In this document: positions 59,005-64,000 of the stretch, piece after piece
How the letters are laid out: each line of letters opens with the position of its first letter
How positions within the stretch are numbered: position 1 is the stretch's first letter
Assembly (NCBI GenBank): GCA_052034235.1
Contig: JBPOIT010000013.1
Span: forward strand, 3,257-67,256
DNA length: 64,000 nt
Source of the DNA: Candidatus Levyibacteriota bacterium
GTDB taxonomy: Bacteria; Patescibacteriota; Microgenomatia; Levybacterales; UBA12049
Reading direction: 5' to 3'
The notes under the pieces: model-generated
Told to the model about the DNA's origin: nothing
The model's input: only the letters and a program-made list of their open reading frames with translations
Databases searched by the model: none
Made by a program: the position numbers and the translations under genes

Positions 59005-59763
59005 CTAACTATACTTCCCAGCTAAAATGTTCCTTTTTATACGGAGTAAATCTTTAATCCCTTGAATTGAATCACTGACTGGGTTAACTCTTCTCGTTTC
59101 GACATGCAGCCATTCGATACCTACTTCCTTTACTTTAAAACCTTTTTGTTTGGCTAGGTAGAGAATTTCAATATCTAGTCCAAAAGTAATCGCTGTTCCC
59201 TTCACCTGCGTAAATCCCTCTTTTAAATCACGGAATTTTGTAAAAACTGTTTCTGCTGCTTCACTCGTGAAGAGTTTAAAACCACACTGCGTATCAGAAA
59301 TTTCACGAATTCCGATGATCATTTTACGAAGCAGAATAGCGCTTTTGGAAATAAGTAGTCGTATTGCTGGAGCACCTTTACGCACGTCATTTCGTGAACC
59401 TATTGCAATATCATATTCTTTACTCTCAAGAAACGGCAGTAATTTATTTACTTCTTCAATTGGGGTTGCTTGATCCATATCGGTAAACAAACGATACGAA
59501 CCTGTTGCCTTAAGCATGCCGGTTGTAACAGCTCCAGCTTTACCATAATGTGGATTTTGAATAAGTATAAAATGAGGGTTATCTTTAATAAACTTCTTAA
59601 GAAACGCAACACTGCCATCTTTGGAGCCGTCATCGACAACAATCACTTCATAAGCGAATTTTTTCTTTTCGAGGAAGTGTTCAATCTTATCAAGAACACC
59701 TTTCTGCAGATTAGCCATCTCATCATAACAAGGTATTATTACTGAGAGATATATTTTCTTCAT
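59005..59763 (-). CDS. soluble polyprenol-phosphate sugar synthase (GT2, dolichyl-phosphate beta-glucosyltransferase/DPM1-like)
   Basis: SVIIPCYDEMANL...VIVVDDGSKDGS...FTDMDQATP...GSRNDVRKG...DTQCGFKLF. TATAAT lies 7 nt upstream of the ATG. Confidence 0.75.
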   Translation of the reverse strand: MKKIYLSVIIPCYDEMANLQKGVLDKIEHFLEKKKFAYEVIVVDDGSKDGSVAFLKKFIKDNPHFILIQNPHYGKAGAVTTGMLKATGSYRLFTDMDQATPIEEVNKLLPFLESKEYDIAIGSRNDVRKGAPAIRLLISKSAILLRKMIIGIREISDTQCGFKLFTSEAAETVFTKFRDLKEGFTQVKGTAITFGLDIEILYLAKQKGFKVKEVGIEWLHVETRRVNPVSDSIQGIKDLLRIKRNILAGKYS

Positions 59764-59874
59764 TACAAAAATTATACTACACCTACGCCCCTTTTGCTAA
59801 AGAATATTCTTTAAGGCTAACTTTCTATATACTTACATGAAAATATTAATACATGCTTTTTTAAATTTAAACTA

Positions 59875-59903
59875 TTGACATTAATATTATTCTAATGTAT
59901 ATT
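59875..59903 (+). promoter_or_regulatory. sigma70-type promoter of glnA
   Basis: -35 TTGACA (59875..59880), 17-nt spacer, -10 TATATT (59898..59903). The ATG is 27 nt downstream with no obvious SD. Confidence 0.45.
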
Positions 59904-59930
59904 TAAGTTAATAATAATATTTTTTAATCT

Positions 59931-61370
59931 ATGGATTCCCAAACAAAAACATTAGCATCATTCCTCGAAATACCATATGACAAGTTGGAAGAAATGAATC
60001 TTGATGTCATGGCAAAAGCAGAAACTCTTTCCCCCAAAGAACTCGAAAAAGAATTTACAACGTTTCTCAAAAAAGAAAAGGGCATAAAGGCTGTAACCGT
60101 ATGTTTCACCGATATTGAAGGCCGCTTCCATATGCTTGATTATGATAAGAAATTTTTACTTGATTCTTTAAGCAATTTAACGTTTGATGGATCTTCAATT
60201 CGAGGATTTTCAGCTCAATCAGAGTCCGATTTGCGACTTGATGTTGATTGGTCCAGTGTCAGATATTTACCGGCAGATGTCTTTGGACCTGGGAAAATAA
60301 TGGTTTTTGCATCGGTTCTCAATAGAGATCGCTCCCCGTATGAATCTGATTTTCGTGGTCAATTAAAACTGTACACCGAGCAGCTTAAGAAAAAAGACGG
60401 TTTGACGGCTTTTGCTTCACCTGAAATTGAAGGATTTTTAGTTGACGGTGTTAATGCTGAGCAGGATTACGCAATGAGTCATGGATTCAAACTTATCTCA
60501 ACGGGCGGATATTTCCATTCGCTCCCAATGGATAAACTTCGTACCTTTATCGATAAAGCAGCAGAAGTACAAAGAGCCCTCGGTTTCCGCAATGAAAAAG
60601 ATCATCCTGAAGTTGCTCCTTCACAATTTGAAATGAATTTCTCTTATTCAGAGATTGTCAGAGCAGCTGATCAGATCCAGTTATATAAACTCGTCTGCCG
60701 TCAGGTAGCACGAACAATGGGCATGACTGCAACCTTTTTACCTAAACCAGTAATCGGTATCAATGGTTCTGGAATGCATTCTAATTTCTCACTCGCTAAA
60801 AACGGCAAAAATATTTTCCATGATCCAAAAGGCCAGGAAGGACTTTCTGATGTCGCATGGGATTTAATCATGAAGCTTTTAAACCATGCACAAGAAATTT
60901 GTTTGATTATGAATTCATCAGTTAATGCATATAGAAGACTTGATCCGCACTTTGAAGCACCAAACCAAATCAAAGTTTCAGCACTCGACCGCGGATCAAT
61001 GATCAGAATTCCCGTCGGAAATGAAAAAACATCAAGAATTGAAATCCGCTCAGTTGCACCTGATGCCAATCCATATATGTGGTTTTATACCATCCTGCAA
61101 GTACATAAACACGGAACCAAACTGCAAAAGAATGAAGAAAAGCGCGACAGAATGCGTTTCCTTCCAGACAACATTAATGATGCAATTAGGCTTTTCAAAT
61201 CAAGTGACTTTATAACAACAATTCTCGGCGCACAGAATAAAGAAAAATATGCAGCATTTAAACAAGCAGCTGCCGACAGAAGTCCAAAGGCACTTGGAAC
61301 ACTCGTTAAAGATTCTGAAGTTATTTATCATCACGAAGTAACCAACCAAGTTCTTTGGAATAATTTCTAA
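59931..61370 (+). CDS. glnA: glutamine synthetase
   Basis: TFDGSSIRGF, HPEVAPSQFEM, KPVIGINGSGMHSNFSL, NAYRRL and RIPVGNEKTSRIEIRSVAPDANPYM are GS signature blocks. 479 aa. Confidence 0.85.
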   Translation: MDSQTKTLASFLEIPYDKLEEMNLDVMAKAETLSPKELEKEFTTFLKKEKGIKAVTVCFTDIEGRFHMLDYDKKFLLDSLSNLTFDGSSIRGFSAQSESDLRLDVDWSSVRYLPADVFGPGKIMVFASVLNRDRSPYESDFRGQLKLYTEQLKKKDGLTAFASPEIEGFLVDGVNAEQDYAMSHGFKLISTGGYFHSLPMDKLRTFIDKAAEVQRALGFRNEKDHPEVAPSQFEMNFSYSEIVRAADQIQLYKLVCRQVARTMGMTATFLPKPVIGINGSGMHSNFSLAKNGKNIFHDPKGQEGLSDVAWDLIMKLLNHAQEICLIMNSSVNAYRRLDPHFEAPNQIKVSALDRGSMIRIPVGNEKTSRIEIRSVAPDANPYMWFYTILQVHKHGTKLQKNEEKRDRMRFLPDNINDAIRLFKSSDFITTILGAQNKEKYAAFKQAAADRSPKALGTLVKDSEVIYHHEVTNQVLWNNF

Positions 61371-61436
61371 GTAGCATCGTCATTCGCACTTACAGCTAAA
61401 TTACCTAAGTATGAGTGGCGATTCTTTGTTTTTACA

Positions 61437-62747
61437 ATGAAAAACAGACGAACATATTATTCGTATCAGACAAAACTAGCACACGAAAACTTCCCCTTCA
61501 CCTCGACTCCTGCGCACAAAGACATCCTCATCGCGATGGCCGATATTAAAGAAGCCGCAGCCTTTGCCCATATGAATACCGGCGAAATGGATGAAGACAT
61601 CGCATTTGCTATCATCAAAGCCGCACGCGAAGTCAGAAAAGGAAATTTTGATGATCAATTTACCCTTCCGGGTCTTCAGGGTGGTGCCGGTACATCAATT
61701 CACATGAATCTCAATGAGGTCATCGCCGCAAGAGCAACTGAGATACTTATGAATAAGGGTATCAATAAAACAGTTCACCCAAATGATCATGTCAACAAAA
61801 GCCAATCAACAAATGATGTCGGGCCGTCAGCATTAAAAATCGCCAGTGCGCGTCTTGCCAAAACTCTTTTACAAACGTTAAATGAAACGACTAGTGTGTT
61901 TGAAGAAAAACAAAACCAATTTCGTCACATTGCCAAACTCGGCAGAACCCATCTGCAGGATGCAGTTCCGACGACATTGGGTGAAGAATTTGGTTCGTAT
62001 ACCGCAACCATTCAACGCGGCAGGACAAGAATTGAAAGTGTTCTCCCCTACCTTTACGAATTAAACATCGGCGGCACTGCAATTGGTAATTGCGTCAATG
62101 CATCATTTGCCTACAGACAAGAGGTCTACAAAGCACTTAAACGCATTACCAAACTGCCAGTTAAGCCGGCACCAAATCTTATGTCACAAACAAGTTCACA
62201 AACTGATTTTGTCTTTCTTTCACAAGCACTGACATCAGTGATGGCAGATTTATCAAAAATTGCCAACGATTTTCGTTTGATGACAAGTGGACCAAACGGC
62301 GGGCTTGGAGAGATACGAATTAAGGAACTACAACCTGGTTCATCAATTATGCCAGGCAAAGCAAATCCTATCCTTCCGGAATCTATCAATCAGGCGTACT
62401 TTTTTATATCCGGCAACAACCTCACCATCGAAATGGCTGCACAAGCAGCACAACTTGAGTTGGGTGTTATGATTCCAGTTATTGCTGACAGACTTATTGC
62501 CTCCATGCAGCTGGCAGATGAAGTCATAGAAGTCTTCACGAAGAAGTGTGTCAAAATCATTGAAGCAAATGAAGAACGCTGTAAAGAGCTTTTAGAAAAT
62601 TCAACTGCGTACGCAACAATGCTTACACCCAAACTCGGCTATGAACAGGTGAGCAAAATGGTTAAAGCGTCGAGAGAAAATACTACCGCTCTTTCGGATA
62701 TTCGGGAACATGCAAACTACGGCAATTTTGTAATAAAACAGAAATAA
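61437..62747 (+). CDS. aspA: class II fumarate-lyase family enzyme, aspartate ammonia-lyase-like
   Basis: GSSIMPGKANP signature and SQSTNDVGPS. The post-signature stretch NPILPESINQAYFFISGNNLTIEMAAQAAQLEL looks more like aspartase than FumC. 436 aa. Confidence 0.6.
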   Translation: MKNRRTYYSYQTKLAHENFPFTSTPAHKDILIAMADIKEAAAFAHMNTGEMDEDIAFAIIKAAREVRKGNFDDQFTLPGLQGGAGTSIHMNLNEVIAARATEILMNKGINKTVHPNDHVNKSQSTNDVGPSALKIASARLAKTLLQTLNETTSVFEEKQNQFRHIAKLGRTHLQDAVPTTLGEEFGSYTATIQRGRTRIESVLPYLYELNIGGTAIGNCVNASFAYRQEVYKALKRITKLPVKPAPNLMSQTSSQTDFVFLSQALTSVMADLSKIANDFRLMTSGPNGGLGEIRIKELQPGSSIMPGKANPILPESINQAYFFISGNNLTIEMAAQAAQLELGVMIPVIADRLIASMQLADEVIEVFTKKCVKIIEANEERCKELLENSTAYATMLTPKLGYEQVSKMVKASRENTTALSDIREHANYGNFVIKQK

Positions 62748-62797
62748 TCTCCCAAAGAGTCTTGCGAAAAACCTCAATTGTGTTATATTTTAAGTAC

Positions 62798-63385
62798 ATG
62801 ACGATCCGTTCATTTATAAAATCACTTCCAGCTGTTCTTGTCGTTTTTCTTCTCGCACCTTCTCCTGCAAGTGCACATGTGATCGGCGGCAACGGTTTTG
62901 CAAGCGGGATAACACATCCACTCCTTGGTTTGGATCATCTTCTTGCCATGATTGCTGTCGGCATAATCGCAGTTCAGTCAGGAGGCAGAGCTGTGTGGTC
63001 AGTGCCTCTGGCATTTGTATCAGCGATGATTTTGGGAGGCATACTAGGAATGGCCGGCGTGCAGCTTCCCTTTGTTGAAACCGGCATTGCGTTTTCACTG
63101 TTAGTATTTGGAAGCCTTATCGCAGTTTCTAAAAAACTCCCAACGAGTTTGGCAATCGTTTGTGTATCGCTCTTTGCCCTTTTCCATGGTCATGCACACG
63201 GGACGGAAATGACTGCAGCTTCCAATCCTGTTTTGTTTACAACAGGTTTTATTCTCTCAACAGCTGCTCTTCATAGCGCTGGTATCTTGGCAGGCTTATC
63301 TGCGAAACGCGCATCATTTTCTTTACACGTTCTAAAAGCCTCAGGCGTCGCGATGAGTGTCGCCGGAGTTGTTTTCTTCATATAG
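62798..63385 (+). CDS. HupE/UreJ-family Ni/Co transporter-like membrane protein
   Basis: Signal peptide ending ASA-HV, then the HPLLGLDHLLAMIAVG (HxxxGxDH) motif, and a hydrophobic Gly/Ala-rich body with a second His cluster FHGHAHG. Start taken at the internal ATG 62798 of ORF-track frame 62762..63385. Confidence 0.65.
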   Translation: MTIRSFIKSLPAVLVVFLLAPSPASAHVIGGNGFASGITHPLLGLDHLLAMIAVGIIAVQSGGRAVWSVPLAFVSAMILGGILGMAGVQLPFVETGIAFSLLVFGSLIAVSKKLPTSLAIVCVSLFALFHGHAHGTEMTAASNPVLFTTGFILSTAALHSAGILAGLSAKRASFSLHVLKASGVAMSVAGVVFFI

Positions 63386-63394
63386 ATTGTAAAC

Positions 63395-63423
63395 TTGACA
63401 CATACCCCCTATAGGTATATTAT
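63395..63423 (+). promoter_or_regulatory. promoter with embedded operator-like inverted repeat for the CsoR/RcnR-family gene
   Basis: -35 TTGACA (63395..63400), 17-nt spacer CATACCCCCTATAGGTA, -10 TATTAT (63418..63423). The ATG is 6 nt downstream (leaderless). The spacer holds ATACC-N7-GGTAT with a C5 tract, like CsoR/RcnR operators. Confidence 0.45.
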
Positions 63424-63429
63424 AACTTC

Positions 63430-63705
63430 ATGAAATCACATTACGAAGACGTCAAAGTCCATGCACAAAAGCGTATCAATATAATAAAAGGCCAACTAGA
63501 TGGCCTGCAAAAGATGATTGAGCAGGACGAATACTGCGTCGATCTTCTCACCCAAAGCCTCGCCATCCAAAGCTCTCTCAAAAGCCTTGACGGCGTCCTT
63601 CTTGAAAGGCATCTCAGAACGCATGTTGTTGAAATGATAAAAAACGGAGAAGAAGAAAAAGCAGTCGAAGAGTTGCTAAAGTTATTCAAACGCAGTGGAA
63701 AATAA
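63430..63705 (+). CDS. CsoR/RcnR/FrmR-family metal-sensing transcriptional repressor (H-C-H-H fingerprint, RcnR-like)
   Basis: 91 aa. MKSH (His4), EYC (Cys36), ERHLRTH (His61, His65). Coiled, all-helical DUF156-type sequence. Confidence 0.7.
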   Translation: MKSHYEDVKVHAQKRINIIKGQLDGLQKMIEQDEYCVDLLTQSLAIQSSLKSLDGVLLERHLRTHVVEMIKNGEEEKAVEELLKLFKRSGK

Positions 63706-63706
63706 T

Positions 63707-64000
63707 ATGAAGAAAAATCTTTCTCTTGCCCTCATTATTATCACAATCGCAATAGTCGCGTCGACAGGCATTGCATGGTTTGTCTCAAGTAGTATCGTCA
63801 AACAAACACAAAATAGTAATACCCAATCAGGACAAATGCCCAAAATGATGATGGATCATAGCGAGCATGCCGCGATGGTAACTGATGATAAGTCATTTAT
63901 CCTCAGTATGGTTCCCCACCATGAAGAAGCTGTTACCAGTTCACAAGAACTCCTCAAAGTCGCCACAACCCCGGAAGTCATATCTCTAGCAAAGAATATA
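63707..64000 (+). CDS. DUF305-family protein (metal-stress associated), N-terminal 98 aa; continues beyond window end
   Basis: ATG at 63707 begins 1 nt after the upstream stop. MKKNLSLALIIITIAIVASTG (signal/TM), then DHSEHAAM and FILSMVPHHEEAV (DUF305 HH motif). Open to position 64000. Confidence 0.55.
   Translation, partial: MKKNLSLALIIITIAIVASTGIAWFVSSSIVKQTQNSNTQSGQMPKMMMDHSEHAAMVTDDKSFILSMVPHHEEAVTSSQELLKVATTPEVISLAKNI

Noticed and set aside
61371-61436. Possible independent promoter for the aspartase-like gene (TTACAG ... TATGAG)
   Set aside because: The hexamers have 14-nt spacing and poor matches. The gene is more likely co-transcribed with glnA.
1-64000. Search for CRISPR arrays, tandem repeats, transposase or integrase genes, terminal inverted repeats, rRNA or tRNA genes
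   Set aside because: I saw no direct-repeat arrays or recognisable mobile-element proteins. All ORFs over 60 aa are accounted for by biosynthetic or membrane functions. The window has few non-coding regions, and those present are too short for rRNA or tRNA, apart from the T-box leader.

Overview
This is a low-GC bacterial window (about 35-38% by eye, rising after 60 kb). Positions 560-59763 form one tightly packed glycan-biosynthesis supercluster, transcribed almost entirely on the minus strand with many 1-30-nt overlaps. A roughly 6-kb plus-strand island sits at 42.5-48.4 kb. The cluster holds at least 14 polytopic membrane proteins of GT-C type (lipid-linked-sugar-dependent glycosyltransferases): ArnT/GT39-like, YfhO-like, one GT87-like, and one O-antigen-ligase-like fusion. 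It also holds 5 DPM1/GtrB-like polyprenol-phosphate-sugar synthases (GT2), 2 Wzx-type flippases, 9 GT4 and 6 further GT2 enzymes. Nucleotide-sugar tailoring genes include galE, two SDR epimerase/dehydratases, an FdtA-FdtC-FdtB-like trio for a dTDP-3-acetamido-3,6-dideoxyhexose, a ColD-like His-for-Lys sugar 3-dehydratase and two hexapeptide acetyltransferases. Most membrane GTs occur as recognisable paralog pairs scattered through the cluster. Embedded at 49.2-50.2 kb is a short-form hisG preceded by a T-box-like leader with a UGGGACCGCGG core, two hairpin-plus-U7 terminators and a strong SD. At the left window edge the cluster is followed by a secreted delta-60-repeat protein. After 59.9 kb come glnA, an aspartase-like lyase, a HupE/UreJ transporter, a CsoR/RcnR-family repressor with an operator-like inverted repeat inside its promoter, and a partial DUF305 gene. 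Four genes carry a -10 hexamer 6-7 nt before the ATG, which suggests leaderless mRNAs. I saw no rRNA, tRNA, CRISPR, transposase or integrase. All family calls come from motif recognition by eye on the supplied translations. No database search or folding program was available, so product names are family-level and moderately confident at best.
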